DNA from: Fistulifera solaris
Taxonomy: Eukaryota
Assembly (NCBI GenBank): GCA_030295235.1
Contig: AP026148.1
Location: 124,001-188,000 of the forward strand
Length of the DNA: 64,000 nucleotides
Direction of reading: 5' to 3'
Under the pieces are notes generated by a model. The model did no database searches. It worked only from the letters and a program-made list of their open reading frames with translations, and had not been told where the DNA came from. The stretch's first letter is position 1, and each line of letters starts with the position of its first letter. A program made the position numbers and the translations under genes. Below, in pieces: positions 33,602 to 46,341 of the stretch.

Positions 33602-36600
33602 TTATAAAGTTGAGCCGCCTTCCGTCAACCTTGCAAGACCAATAGGTCCTGAGGTTGCAAACGGGGTAAACGATCCAGACGCCTCATCTCCTTCTGTGAA
33701 TGGTATTAAGTAATCGTAAGTTTTGCGTTCAAAACTTATATTGTCATCTGGCATGGCAATATTGTACGCCATGGGTTGGGGACTCCATATTGAACTCATT
33801 TGGCGACGCGACCATTGGGCATCTGGCTTGGGGCCCACTGATCCGACATTTAGTGAATGCGCCGACTGTCTATGGAGTGTAAAGATATTGCAACCAGAAA
33901 AGAACTCAAAGCTAGCAAGATCGCCCATGGACGGACGCCTGCCAGGGTTCCTTTCCAAAAGATGCGTGATAAGTTCCCTTGCTGAGTCTTGAATTCCCGC
34001 TCCATGACTGTCAAGAAATAGAGCGTCAACGTTACCGCTAGATGAGTCTTCATGAAATGTCACAATCTTTTGGCGTGTGGTATGCTCATCGGAATCAAGA
34101 AGAGGCGGGCGGCCAGAGAGACACTGGTACATGACACAACCTAGAGCCCAAGAGTCTGCAGCTGGAGTGGGTATCGCTCCCAAAACAACCTCTGGCGGTA
34201 GGTATGCCGTAGTTCCCTCTATTCGGATATCATAGCCCGAAACATCCTCATTGACTTCCGTTCCGCCCGACTGTTGGGCCATTTCCGTGGCATCATCTAC
34301 AGATGCTTCAGCGCTTTGAGGCCCCGATTGCCAATCGCCGTCACGAAGGTTCTTTAGAAGGTTTTTTCGAGATCGAGGCGACTTTAAGTCTCGCCTCTGC
34401 GGTGAAGGGACGACAAGCACCGTAGTCAGTTAGTTTGACATGACCTGACTCAGTTATCACGATGTTCTCTGCCATAATGTGTGAAAATTTCTTTTGTTGA
34501 GAAACTATGAACAAGATGATGTGTAGGGAACAGCATCGATCACAAAACGGTACGTACCTGGTTTCAAATCAGAGTAAACGAGTCCAATGCTATGGATGCT
34601 ATCTAAAGCAGCTGCGACTTCACCGATGATGAACCGACAAGAGTCATGATCCATTGACCCGTGCTCACGTAAAACACTATGCAAGTCACCCCGACTGGCA
34701 TACTCAAGAACCATGTAAGCTCCTTCTCGAAATCGGAAACTGGAAACGAGCCTTGCTATACCGGGGTGTGACAGCAAGCGCAAAACTGCAATTTCTCGTT
34801 GAACAGAAGTCTCATATGACATTTCGCGAATCTTTTCGGTGGATATGATCTTCACAGCATATTCTGCCCACGACGATCTCGTCTTGGTACGATCAATCAA
34901 TCGCGCATACTTGACAACACTGAATGCACCCGATCCCAGCTCATGTCCAAACACTAGGTCATGAAACTTAAGAGACGGAAGAAGAGTCGGCGTTTCAGCG
35001 AGCTGTTGTTGGCTCCAGTCGGACATACCGTCGTGACTCGAGTCGGGGGGTTTTATTTTGTCCATATACTGCTGTACATAGTCGACGCCTTTGGAAGGAG
35101 ATGAAGTTGTGTTGTTGTGATCATCACGTGTGTCTTCGCGGGAAAGAAATGGATTCATTTGCTCAGATGAACGCTTAGGGTGTTGTTTGCTCGAAGATAT
35201 TGCCCAAGGTGCAACACCCGTAATCGTAGAAGGTGGTTGCGATCTCAAGGGACCATTATTGGACGAGCTTATAGCCCATGGCGCTACGCCAGTAACTGTT
35301 GATGGCGGTTGAATCCGATTTTCTTGACGGGTGTTTTGCGCTGCGAGAGACGTGGTTTTTGGTATGCCTGCTTTTGCTGATGGTGCCGGAGGTCTCCACG
35401 TGCCCATTGAAGCTTTTAACGATAGCTTTTGCGGAACTTCAGGGGCAGCAGGCAGCTGTTTAGCAATACTTTCAGTGGTTACTACGTGCGAAGACGGAGG
35501 ATTGATTGTCGAGTTTGTGGCCACTGCAGAGAACAGTTTGGTACACAGGGATTCAAATCGCGTGGCATTGGACTGTTGCAATTGGTATAAAACATTATAA
35601 GTCATCTTGCGTACCGTAGGATTCCAGGACGGTTCGCTCCGGACGAGGGCGGGTAAAACAACACTCAAGGATATATCAAAGTGCGCCTCTATCATTTCAG
35701 AAAATGTTTTATTCCGAAACAGTTGCAAACCGCATTCTGCAACGCGCGAATGCTCACTCGACATGAGACCTCCCGTCACGCGTAGCAGTTTTGTCCACCA
35801 GCTTGGTAGCGCTTCCACAGTGGTCATCAATTTCAATAGTGTCTCGACTTCATGCAGCAGCAACACCTGCTTCGATGTATTACCGGTCAGCGCCAATTCT
35901 TCCAGCAGTGCGGGCATTATCAATTCCATCCAGTCTGATTTCTTTTGAATCAAAGTAGCGAGACACTGTGTTAACACTTCATGGTAGAGCTCAATGACCG
36001 GAGTCTGATCACGCCAAAGAACCACAGCATTTGTTCTATGAAGTGGTATCAAATGCTGCGTAATCAAGTGACGATATATCAAATTGTTTTGATCAAACGA
36101 CTCCGCAGAGACGCCCAAAAGTATAAGACGCAAAAGGCGCAAAGAAAGGGCAATCGAGGCTGCCTGTGTGTTTTCTTGACGCAACGATGCACCCGAAGAC
36201 GAGCCTGAATGCACAAAATCATGCCACATGCGTCCCAATAATTTTCGAATCAGTTTACGGACGGTAGCATCGGCGTGGCGATATAGAGCCATTATTATCA
36301 TCTCCAGGTGCTGAATGTGCTCCTCCCACTCTTCCTCTAATCGAGCCGTCAGCTGCACAACAAACTGGTATTGCTGCAACCGCGATGACATGTCACTGGA
36401 GGGATGATTTTGGCGCAAATGTTGTGTATACGCATTCATGTGTGAGCGAAGGATCTGCAATTCTTTCAGATGGACGAAAAAGGCTTTGACAAGCGTATGA
36501 TCCTTTGAATCATGACGAAGCAGATGAATCCACAAGTGCCTATCCTCTTGATTAGCGGCGGAAGCCAAGTTATATTCCATCCATTGTATCACCCACCGTG

Positions 36601-36937
36601 TCACCAAGAATCCATACCACACTTGATGGAGTGTAATGTCGTTGGGTGACAGTGACGATTCGAGCAATGCATTCTCTCGAAAACTCATGATTGCCGCGTG
36701 ATTTCCCATTGCATCTTCCAGCGGATCCCACGCTATATTCAAAAGCTGAACGGTTGCTTTGTACACGGCAGAAGAAAGTGGAATACAATCTTCGACCGTG
36801 AGACCTTCGTAAGTCATCGTATCACGAATCCCCAACCATCGTTCGATCGTCTGTATCGGATCCGTATCTGGTTCGATCTCCGCAGCCCGCAACACTTGTG
36901 TCACGGCCGCAGTAAATTTGTTGATTGTCTCTGTCAT
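33602..36937 (-). CDS. PP2A B'/B56-like domain fused to a PDK1-like AGC Ser/Thr kinase; 2 exons
   Basis: B56-like IPLH...YHEVLTQC...NTSKQVLLLHEVE...SEHSRVAE...WNPTVRK. Kinase LGSGAFSVV, YAVKII, YSDLKP|ENI (intron 34557-34469), LTDYG, EGTTAYLPPE, DSWALGC. One extra A at 34362-67. Confidence 0.88.
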
Positions 36938-37236
36938 TTCGTAGAATGCGAAGCACAAAAACGAGGCGTTGCACAACAAAGTGTAATCGACTTGGTGGAG
37001 GACCAAGGCTTTACTCAAAAGTACCCGATCGACAGATAAGGCGACAAGTGCTATTTATATATACACACAATGAAATGATGTAAAGAAGTGGAAGAGGTGG
37101 GCCTTTTGTGCAACATGCATGACGATAAAACCTTTCGTGTTTGTGTTGCTTTCAAACGTTTTCGAAGAGGAGTGAGTCGTCGTCGACGAATACAGGGTCA
37201 GGGGACCCGGACCCGACCCTGTGAACGAAGCACTTT

Positions 37237-37505
37237 TACTATAGTGTTGAAGTGTTGTCTGTTTTCAACAAGACTCGATTTCAGTCATGAGTCGTGAAGC
37301 CTCTTGTTCAAAAATACGAGAAGTTCGCGTTGCCTCTAAACCCATCAGCGACAGCCTATCTTCATCCCAGTTCAGCTCACTGTATAAACCAACTAAAAAG
37401 AGGGCTTCTTTGAATCCTTTCGACTTGCGCAGTCCACAATAGTCCTTGCTATAGCGTCAAAGTGTAGGCTACTTTGTTTCAAGACTGATTTCAGTCATGA
37501 GTCGT
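37237..37505 (+). repeat. Two copies of the dispersed tripartite motif, 210 bp apart
   Basis: CTATAG-N6-AGTGT...CAAGACT(C)GATTTCAGTCATGAGTCGT at 37239-37295 and 37449-37505. Confidence 0.85.
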
Positions 37506-38008
37506 CATATTCACCATGTTGGTTAAGGTTATTCACGATTGATGAAGAAAATCTTTCGTCGCATGCGTTGCGTATTGCGATCGGTACGATACCTGGTACG
37601 TGGAACGTGGACCGGAGACGGAGCAACGAGCAACGAGCAACGTTGAAGCTTTCCTTGAACCTGGTACAGTACTTTCTGTATCAGCCTTCGACAAACGCAC
37701 TTTTCGGAAAGGTAGTTCGAGTTCAGAAAAGTATCGCACGGCGAAGCTCCACTTACTCTCTTCTACAATGTACTAGAATCATGCTGCACCCTTTGCTTCC
37801 GTTTTTCTCCTGCGATGACAATTCTTCTGTGTACAACACGAGGAAAAGTCCGCTCAAACCAACCTGCCACCTGTTGCAAAAAACGTGCATCTTTGCCTCG
37901 ATTGATTTTTGTTTGCCTGCAATCTGGTGAACCTTTCTTGCATACAATAACAACACCATCCTTCAACTCAAGCATCACCCTCCACCAGTACTACTAAGCC
38001 CACGTACT

Positions 38009-38982
38009 ATGAGTCAAGTGATTCAGCCGAACGGTGTGGGCGTTGCCGCCGCCACACACCCCGAGCATAGCGCCGCACTGGAATCATCTTCACGATCCAT
38101 CCCAGCGACCGTGTCGGTTCCCACGAAACGTCCTAAAACAAAGCACAAGAAGCCCGAGGGAATGCCACGAAGGCCCTTGAGTGCTTATAACTTCTTCTAC
38201 AAAGCCGAGCGGATCAAATGGCTGGAGGAACAGAAAGGAAAGAAAGATAGTGTTTCGAGCAGTACCAGTACGGGTACGACGAACAATGAAGAGTCGAAAC
38301 AGTCGGATTTTTTTAGAAATGGGCAAGGTACGTTCTTAGCGAGTGTGCACAAGACGTTATGCAGCAGATCTCTGAGTTGTTTTCGTATTCATGCCAGGCC
38401 ATTAGTCAGCGCTGGAGAATGCTGACGAATGAGGGTCGTGAACCGTACGACAAAGAGGCTCAACAAGATTTAGTTCGTTATCATAACGAAATGAACGCCT
38501 TCAATATGAGTCTCGTACAATCGTACAAGAGACCCGAGAAAGCAGGGAGTTTATCGTCACACTCTCGGGCACCCAGTCTCCACGAAGTGTCACCATCGCA
38601 CGGACCTATACCCAGATCGGAATCCAGCGGTTTTCGCAACCAACAGGAATCTGCAACAAACCCGGGTGTAGATCAGTTGACCAGCAGCTTGCAAATGCTC
38701 CTCCCACTACTCCAACAGAACGAATCAACCGCCCGACTTGAGCCCAGTGCCCCTACGAACACTTCAACGACTGTGTTTCAGGCACTTGGTCAGCAAGTCA
38801 TTGCCCAGCAACTCACTTCAGAGCGCTTGACGGAACTCCACGCACTGCTTCGTGAATTGGAGCAAATCTTGATGCTACAACTCCATTTGGAGCAGCATTT
38901 CCCAAGAAGAGAGCCGCCAACCGCTGGTGGGATCCATGAAGCTTTTTCTGCGTTGCTGTCTCTGGTGAATCAGCTGAGGTGA
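38009..38982 (+). CDS. HMG-box protein; 2 exons
   Basis: KPEGMPRRPLSAYNFFYKAER...(FLEMGK)|AISQRWRML....EPYDKEAQQDLVRYHNEM. Intron 38328-38397; T-run indel at 38308-14. Confidence 0.85.
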
Positions 38983-39424
38983 GTGTGTTGTTACTTTATC
39001 TTTTTATTTTTATTCTTTGCGGAAAAGGGAAAGGTTGCCATTGTCGATCCTGGCATAAGTTATATATAGTCTATATTATCCCAGATCATACTTCTGCATG
39101 TTATTTTCTTGCTAGCAGATGTTTGAGGAATTTTGATTTTGAATTTTTAAAAGTCAGTGATGAAACGGTGCTTTTCCCTAAACTGTAAGATTCGTAAAAG
39201 CTAGAGAACAGTGAACCTTGGGCCTTAGTAAATACTCCGTAGTAAACGGTATCCTGTCCGTCATCCGCTTCATTGCGGTTCGCCTTCCGTTTCTTACTGT
39301 TTTCTGTTGCCTCCTCACATCATCGCCGTTGTTGCTTGTTGACAAGTATAGAAACAAAAGACTTCATCACCAAAGAGACGACAAAAACGCAATATCATCG
39401 GAAATACAAGCACTTAACATCAAA

Positions 39425-41107
39425 ATGGCATCGTTATCGTCCGATCAACTCGTCAAATCAAAGCCGTACGCACTCGCAATACAGTACATTGTGCACGCGT
39501 TGATTGAATGCTATACGGCGGGCGGCACACTGAATTTAACGAAACTCAAAGGAGAAGCCTCTAAGAAATTCAAATTACAAGGAATCCCTCGTATGAGTGA
39601 CATTTTACAAGGACTACCGACGGAATATCGCGCCTCGTTGTGGCCTTGGTTGCAAACGAAACCCGTGCGGACGGCTTCGGGTGTCGCGGTTGTTGCCGTC
39701 ATGAGCAAACCGCACCGGTGTCCGCATTTGGCGTATACGGGGAATGTCTGTGTGTACTGTCCCGGTGGACCCGATTCAGATTTTGAATATTCGACGCAGG
39801 CCTATACGGGCTACGAACCCACGTCCATGAGAGCAATCCGAGCAAGGTACGATCCGTATTCGCAAGTGCGAGGGCGTGTGCAGCAATTGAAAGCGATCGG
39901 TCATACTGTCGACAAAATTGAGTTCATTGTCATGGGTGGGACGTTTCTTAGTTTAGATGCGGCGTATAAAGACTATTTCATTCGGAACCTGCACGATGCC
40001 TTGTCGGGGCATTCGTCGCAGTCCGTCAAGGAGGCGGTAGAATATTCGGAACACTCGGCCATTAAATGCATCGGAATCACGATCGAGACCAGACCGGACT
40101 ATTGTCTTAAACCTCATCTGGAAGAAATGCTGCAGTATGGATGCACGCGGATTGAAATTGGTGTGCAAAGTATCTACGAAAGTGTGGCGCGTGAGACGAA
40201 TCGCGGACACACGGTACAAGCGGTTTGTCACTCCTTCCAACTTGCCAAAGATTGCGGTTTTAAAGTGGTGACACACATGATGCCGGATCTTCCCAACATG
40301 GGGTTTGAGCGAGATTTAGAAGGAATGAAAGAGTATTTTGAAAATCCTGCTTTTCGTAGCGACGGTATGAAGCTCTATCCGACGTTGGTCATTCGCGGAA
40401 CGGGTCTATACGAGCTCTGGAAAACCGGTCGTTATCAGAACTATACTCCCGATCAATTGGTGGAATTGACGGCACATATCTTGGCATTAGTTCCTCCTTG
40501 GTTGCGATTGTATCGAATCCAGCGTGACATACCCATGCCCTTGGTGAGCTCGGGCGTCGAGCACGGCAATCTGCGCGAGCTGGCACTGCAGAAATTGCGC
40601 GAATGGAACTCAAAGTGTCTCGATATACGCACTCGAGAGGTAGGGATGAAGCAGATCCACTCGTCGGTCTCACCCGATCAAGTCGAACTTGTCCGACGAG
40701 ATTACACAGCTAATGGAGGCTGGGAGACATTCTTGAGTTACGAGGACCCGGCTCAAGACATTCTTATTGGTTTGTTACGTTTGCGCAAAGTAAGTTCCGC
40801 TGCATGGCTCAACGAAATTACAACAAGCAACAACGGCCGACCTATTCGAAGCAGTATCGTCCGAGAGCTTCACGTCTATGGTTCCGCTGTTGCTGTTTCT
40901 GCCCGTGATCCTACTCGCTTCCAGCATCAAGGCTATGGCATTCTGCTCATGGAAGAAGCCGAGAGAATTGCTCGTGAAGAACATGGTTCCGAAAAGTTGC
41001 TCGTCATTGCAGGCGTTGGAACTCGTCACTATTATCGAAAACTAGGGTACAAATTAGATGGTCCCTACATGAGCAAAATGTTAAATAATGACGAAGCAGA
41101 GCAGTAA
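39425..41107 (+). CDS. ELP3: Elongator complex protein 3 (radical SAM + KAT)
   Basis: [23 protein letters not shown]...[43 protein letters not shown]. Confidence 0.97.
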   Translation: MASLSSDQLVKSKPYALAIQYIVHALIECYTAGGTLNLTKLKGEASKKFKLQGIPRMSDILQGLPTEYRASLWPWLQTKPVRTASGVAVVAVMSKPHRCPHLAYTGNVCVYCPGGPDSDFEYSTQAYTGYEPTSMRAIRARYDPYSQVRGRVQQLKAIGHTVDKIEFIVMGGTFLSLDAAYKDYFIRNLHDALSGHSSQSVKEAVEYSEHSAIKCIGITIETRPDYCLKPHLEEMLQYGCTRIEIGVQSIYESVARETNRGHTVQAVCHSFQLAKDCGFKVVTHMMPDLPNMGFERDLEGMKEYFENPAFRSDGMKLYPTLVIRGTGLYELWKTGRYQNYTPDQLVELTAHILALVPPWLRLYRIQRDIPMPLVSSGVEHGNLRELALQKLREWNSKCLDIRTREVGMKQIHSSVSPDQVELVRRDYTANGGWETFLSYEDPAQDILIGLLRLRKVSSAAWLNEITTSNNGRPIRSSIVRELHVYGSAVAVSARDPTRFQHQGYGILLMEEAERIAREEHGSEKLLVIAGVGTRHYYRKLGYKLDGPYMSKMLNNDEAEQ

Positions 41108-41434
41108 TAATTGCGAAATTCGTGGTAAACTCGAAGAACATTCTATTCGGTTGTCTTTTGTGTGGATGGAAGACAAGGCTTGATATCGGTACCTCATTTT
41201 ACATCACGTAAAGCAAAAGCATTCCATGTCTAATTGTTGTTGAAAGTCAGTCATCTCATTTTTTGATAAGATACGCCGATGGTAACTGGCTAAAGTGTCG
41301 ATATTCACATTCTGAACGGCCAAGGTTCTGATTGAGTTGTACTCGTGATATTTGATAAAAGTTATCCAACTCGTTCCTCTTTGCGTCGCCAATGCATAGA
41401 TTCTACTTGAGCAGCATTGATATCTCAATTCGCT

Positions 41435-41965
41435 TTATTGTTTAAAGGATAAAACATAATTCATCAACGCAGTAAGAACGGTCTTAGTTGCGCTATTTCT
41501 TGCTTTCTCGATTCGTTCCTTCATGGATGCTTCATACGTTTGATAGCGCTCATTTCGGTTCATACCCGCACGGTAAATGGAGTCGGGCTCTAAAACCGCT
41601 TGATCATCTTCCAGTGGTTCCAGAAGGAAATCTTTATTTTGCTGCAAAATTGTTTGCATGGCTTCCAGTTGATTCGACGAATCAAGGAGTTGACTAACAA
41701 GTTCTTGCATTCGAACTTTTCGGAGTGAGAATTGATTTAAAGGATAACTTGTGCTACCTTTTCCGCTAGTATTTCGGTAGTCAAATGGATTAAAGGGAGA
41801 GGAATCAGCACTGTTCTTATCTTCATCGTTAACCGACCAGTTGTTATGCGGTTTTGTTACCTCTCGCGCCGTCGTTCGGCTCGGAGACGGGATGACAAAA
41901 GCGAACGATGGACTCAAACACGCCAACACAAATAGACATGGTATCAGTAGCGTCTTGCTGTGCAT
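41435..41965 (-). CDS. Conserved-looking hypothetical protein, plastid-targeted
   Basis: Signal peptide ending SFA-FVIPSPS (ASAFAP-like), then a helical domain SLRKVRMQEL...FLLEPLED...RYQTY. Confidence 0.72.
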   Translation of the reverse strand: MHSKTLLIPCLFVLACLSPSFAFVIPSPSRTTAREVTKPHNNWSVNDEDKNSADSSPFNPFDYRNTSGKGSTSYPLNQFSLRKVRMQELVSQLLDSSNQLEAMQTILQQNKDFLLEPLEDDQAVLEPDSIYRAGMNRNERYQTYEASMKERIEKARNSATKTVLTALMNYVLSFKQ

Positions 41966-42121
41966 CCTTGTGAAAGCATTTCCTCTTGTTTCACTTCTAT
42001 TCATCATAGTCGCCGAAGATAATAAGTAAAGGTGCTTTCAATCAAACTCTTTGGTTGAGCGAACGCGGTGCACATAAGATCTATTTGTGCATTTGGGCAC
42101 GTGGCATGGCGTCTCCACAAA

Positions 42122-42378
42122 TCCCCAGAAAATCTGGGTGTGCGGTGTTTTCATGTCCACTGATAATATTTTGGTTGTGGATTTTCACTCTCACAGAAAA
42201 TCTGGGTGTTGGTAACTCCATGAACACAGAAAATCTGGAAGTTGGTAACTTCATGAACACAGGAAATCTGGAAATGTGGTTACGTCACTTCCACAGATAA
42301 TCTGGGAGTGCTATTTTTCAAAATACAGAAAATCTGGGTGTGTAGTGCTTCACTTCCACAGATAATCTGGGGGTGTAG
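42122..42378. repeat. Tandem array, 8 units of 32-34 bp, core CAGAWAATCTGG
   Basis: Core starts at 42126, ~42160 (degenerate), 42194, 42227, 42260, 42294, 42326, 42359. Confidence 0.92.
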
Positions 42379-42504
42379 TGTCTTTCCTACGTTTCAACCT
42401 CACCTTGTTCCCTACGGCGCTAAATTCGTTGTTTTAGTACGATAATTTCGTTTTAGCTTTAACAACCTTTCTCAAATAGATCAGCTGCTGATTGCAAAGT
42501 TCAA

Positions 42505-43848
42505 TTACATTTCATAATCATACTCTGGTAGCTCACGAAGTTTCTTTCCTTTTGAAAATGTTGTGGGCAAGGATAGATGCAGATTTCTGCGGGCAATCGA
42601 TACTTTCAGTGAGCCTCTCTTACACGACGGAACCGAAAATAATATCGGTGCCGCATCGGATGGTAAAAAATAAGATCTACCAGGATGGCAGACCATATCA
42701 TTGTCAATCATGCCTGTTCCTTGCAGAATAACCAGAATCGTCGGCTCGTCCTCGTTGTCAAAGTATACCTTTTCACCGGGCCCGCAGCGAAGAATCAACA
42801 CTTCAAATTCCGGTACGGGGGGTGTGTATCGTAAGATACGTGGTTCGCGTTCGAGAGGTGCTCCAGCGTCAATGCTTGGACCACCTTGTGTGTAGGTAAG
42901 CATATTGATCAGATTGTTGACGTCTTTGAATTTGGGCGTTAAACCAGCACGCACAACGTTATCACTGCAAGCCATGCATTCAATAATCTCTCCAGCTACA
43001 TAGGCATGTGGCTCATTTGCAGCCATGAAGAAGGATTCACCAGGTGCAATGAGCAAGTAGTTGAGGAAGAATGGGGACATGGCGCCAGCATCGTCGGGAA
43101 ATTGCTGAGATAAACGCAGGATGGCGCGAGCTGATTTACGCTCCCAAGCAGGTTCGTCGTGCGGATGAGGGTGGATCGAGTTCTGTTCCTTCTGCAGCCG
43201 TTGCAAGAGGAGCGACAGCTGTACTCGAGAGACCTCTGGATCGCAGGTCATAAATGAGCGGAACATCTTTTGCAGTGCGTCTTTCTTTTCTTCTTCCGTT
43301 TCCGCCATGAAGATAGCTAGTTTAGCCTCCAGACTGATACAAGCTGCAAACTCTTTGTGCTTCTTAACGAAGATCGCAATTTCTTCGATTCGACGAAAGC
43401 CACACATCGCTTCAAAAGGAGTCAATGCGATTGCCATTTCTGGCTTGTGATTGGCGTCACCGTACGCTTGTGGATTTTCTAAATTCAAACGACGCGCATT
43501 GTCTTTATCCGGATGAGCCTGAATACTTAAGGCCTTTCCAGCGGAGATGATTTTGAAGAGAAATGGAAGTTGTCCTCCAACGGCTTGCTTCAAAGTCCGT
43601 CCATCTTGTAGCAACGACGGCCCCTTCTCGTGCGTCCCAAACCACAACTCTGCGTACGGCGCATCGGGATCGACTTCTTTGATTGCTCCGGAAGCCAAAG
43701 CATAGCGAGCAACTCTGGAATCCATGCCACGAATTCCCCAGGCATAATCTTGGACGGTCGGTTTCAACGGCAGAACAGAGCCTTCCGTGTGACAAGTAAA
43801 ATCAGTAAACGATCCGTTCCTTCGTAATTGCTCGTCCACTTCTGACAT
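42505..43848 (-). CDS. MPI: Mannose-6-phosphate isomerase, class I
   Basis: VQDYAWG, YAELWFGTH, LPFLFKI...ALSIQAHPDK, Y.D.NHKPEMAIALT, NEPHAY..G..IECMACSDNVVRAGLTPK. Confidence 0.96.
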   Translation of the reverse strand: MSEVDEQLRRNGSFTDFTCHTEGSVLPLKPTVQDYAWGIRGMDSRVARYALASGAIKEVDPDAPYAELWFGTHEKGPSLLQDGRTLKQAVGGQLPFLFKIISAGKALSIQAHPDKDNARRLNLENPQAYGDANHKPEMAIALTPFEAMCGFRRIEEIAIFVKKHKEFAACISLEAKLAIFMAETEEEKKDALQKMFRSFMTCDPEVSRVQLSLLLQRLQKEQNSIHPHPHDEPAWERKSARAILRLSQQFPDDAGAMSPFFLNYLLIAPGESFFMAANEPHAYVAGEIIECMACSDNVVRAGLTPKFKDVNNLINMLTYTQGGPSIDAGAPLEREPRILRYTPPVPEFEVLILRCGPGEKVYFDNEDEPTILVILQGTGMIDNDMVCHPGRSYFLPSDAAPILFSVPSCKRGSLKVSIARRNLHLSLPTTFSKGKKLRELPEYDYEM

Positions 43849-44260
43849 GGCTTCGAGGGCGGGTTTATGATGTTCTTCTCACTTGACTTATGTGATCGAT
43901 GAAATGATTATTGTGATAGGATGCACGGTGTTTCCGAGAGTCGTTGATTGTTACTTGTCATCGTGGGGGCACGGGGCACACGCAACGTACAACATGATGA
44001 CCGTTGCGTTTTCTCGTCCGCGTGCCGTTGATGTCTAATAAACTTTTAGTATAGTTTAAGAAGTACGCAGCTGACTTGCGTGACTATAATCTAATGTGTC
44101 TCGGGAAAGCCTTCTCCGACTAAAATAACTATATCCTTGTCCCTTTCTCTAGTCTCTCTACGCTCTATCTAGACGCCGCTGTAACAGATAAGAGACTTTT
44201 TAGATCGATTGAATGGTCTATTAGTTACAACCAATATTTCAATGTAAGCAAAGTGATTCG

Positions 44261-45433
44261 TTAGGCAGCAGCATTACCGTTATTCATATTCGAGAAATAT
44301 TCCGATCGCATGCAGTTGCATTCATAATCAGCAAATGTAGTGGTGTAGTAGCCACAAACATCACGCAGCTGCTCGATAATTTCTACTTCTCCCGAATACA
44401 TGTGCGTAAGACTTGCCATGAATCCAGCAAACGTCAAGGCAAAGCCTATCAGTAGCCAAAAAAGTTGCCAGAAGCAGTATTCGAGCTCTAAGGAGAAAAT
44501 CATGAAACCCAGTGCCAAACCTGCCAGTAAACCACCAACATGTGCCGCCCAGTCGACGTAGGGGACAAAGCTAAATAGAAGCACGACAATCACGGAGCAT
44601 GTCACCGCACAACACTGTTCTTTTCGAACCTTATGAGCCACTCTCGATTGCACAGTATCGTCGCGTTCACAAACTCGTAATACAATTTCTGCAAGCTTCG
44701 CGCCGAATAGCCCCATCACCGCTCCCGAAGATCCCACAGACACGGCTTGTGGCATATAAATCACCGACATGATTGATGAACCAGCTCCTGATCCGATGTA
44801 AATGATGAGCCACCGTATTGTTCCCCATTCCTTTTCAAACAGAATTCCCATTTCCAATTGAACTGCAACATTTCCTACAAGATGAAATAGACCAGCATGC
44901 AAAAGAATCGGCGTAATTAATCTCCACCATTCTCCATCCTCCACAATCAGTGGGGCATTTTTGCCTCCCCATTCCGATAAAGCGTCGGGATAAGGGCCCA
45001 GCATGGGGCTTTTTTTTCGTAACAAGCGATTTCGTGAGAACTATCTTTAGAGAACACGCAATATCTCATTTTGTACTTACTTGAGTTGAATAGGAGCAAC
45101 GCCGCATTGCCACATCATTACACCTAAGATAACCGTTTGTACGAGAGAAAATAAGATAGCAAAGTATCCGTGATTTTGGCGGACCACGTAAATCTCCTGA
45201 TCGTCGTCGTCGTCGTCTTCTTCTTCGTCCCTGTATGCCTCGGGTTTATAATCATCATATTTTCTTCTACCGGAAATTTCCATGGATGCCATGGAAGTGT
45301 AGCTCGATGTTGATGATGGAAGATTTGTGCCGTAAGCTTCCATTTCATCGTAATTATCCTCGCTTCTCCTGGAACTCCGGGCTGTTGCTCTGCGTGTTGA
45401 TTGCTGTGATCTCAGTTTCGTCCGTCTGGGCAT
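44261..45433 (-). CDS. Rhomboid intramembrane serine protease; 2 exons
   Basis: Intron 45080-45009 gives IQLN|PMLGP. GEWWRLITP..LHAG..HL..N, VSVGSSGAV.GL.G (catalytic Ser), VDWAAHVGG (catalytic His). Confidence 0.92.
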
Positions 45434-46341
45434 CTTATTGCTAGTTGTAGTTAAATGGGTGGCATAAACTGTAGGAAAGGAATGCTTTCTATTTTATTCG
45501 TTTTATTCATTTCATCTGGAAAGCAACAACTTTCGACGCGAGGAACGCGTGTTAAGCAAGTGGTGAAAAGTGGTGCTGTGGTGCCGTGGTGCCATCCTAT
45601 CGTACGAAAAAATCCATTCGTCGAAACGGTATCAATTTAGTTATATATGCATACTACGTAGTGCCTGGTAGGGTCCAAGGACGAAGGGGCAAAAAAGTAG
45701 TGTTGGCGACGGAACGGTACTCTCTATTTAACAGGCTTCACACTTCAACGGATCAAAGAACCTGCAATGACCAATGACAAAAAGCGTCCCAAGTCCCAAG
45801 TACAAAATCGAGGCCTGCATTTGAAAATACGGCGGCGCGACAATTTGCTTCCTCGCTGGCAAGTGGCAAGCAAGTCGACCATGCAAAACAGTTATCGTTT
45901 CATTCGAACCTCCTCTTTACATTTCTCAACTCATTCAACGATATGCAGTTGCATAAGCTTTGAACGAAGAGTTTTTGAATACAGATCTTCCCACTTGATA
46001 CTGCAGTAGGTTCGACGATCGAATGCCCAAATTCTTTAGAAGGATTGTTCTGTGAAAATGATCGACGATTACGACACCCCAATGAGCGACTAAACTCGCC
46101 CATTGACAAAAAAGCAAAGAAGCAATGCGCAAAGAGGAAGCATAATGAGCAATTTGCGAGTCGAACAATCGGAAAAGATTACCGACCTACTCCCACTCTC
46201 TCCGCTCCTAATAGCCAAAACTAATCAGCCAAAAATCGTTCGGTTCCCCTAGTCCGGATCGTTTTTGCAAGCTTTGAGACTTGACCCTACACGCGATCTC
46301 CAAATGATCATAATCTTTTTGAATTTTCACTGTTTCCGCCT

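Noticed and set aside
29126..42378. 33-bp arrays as CRISPR arrays
   Set aside because: The conserved part is only ~13-17 bp, spacers are partly similar to each other, there are no cas genes, and the context is eukaryotic.
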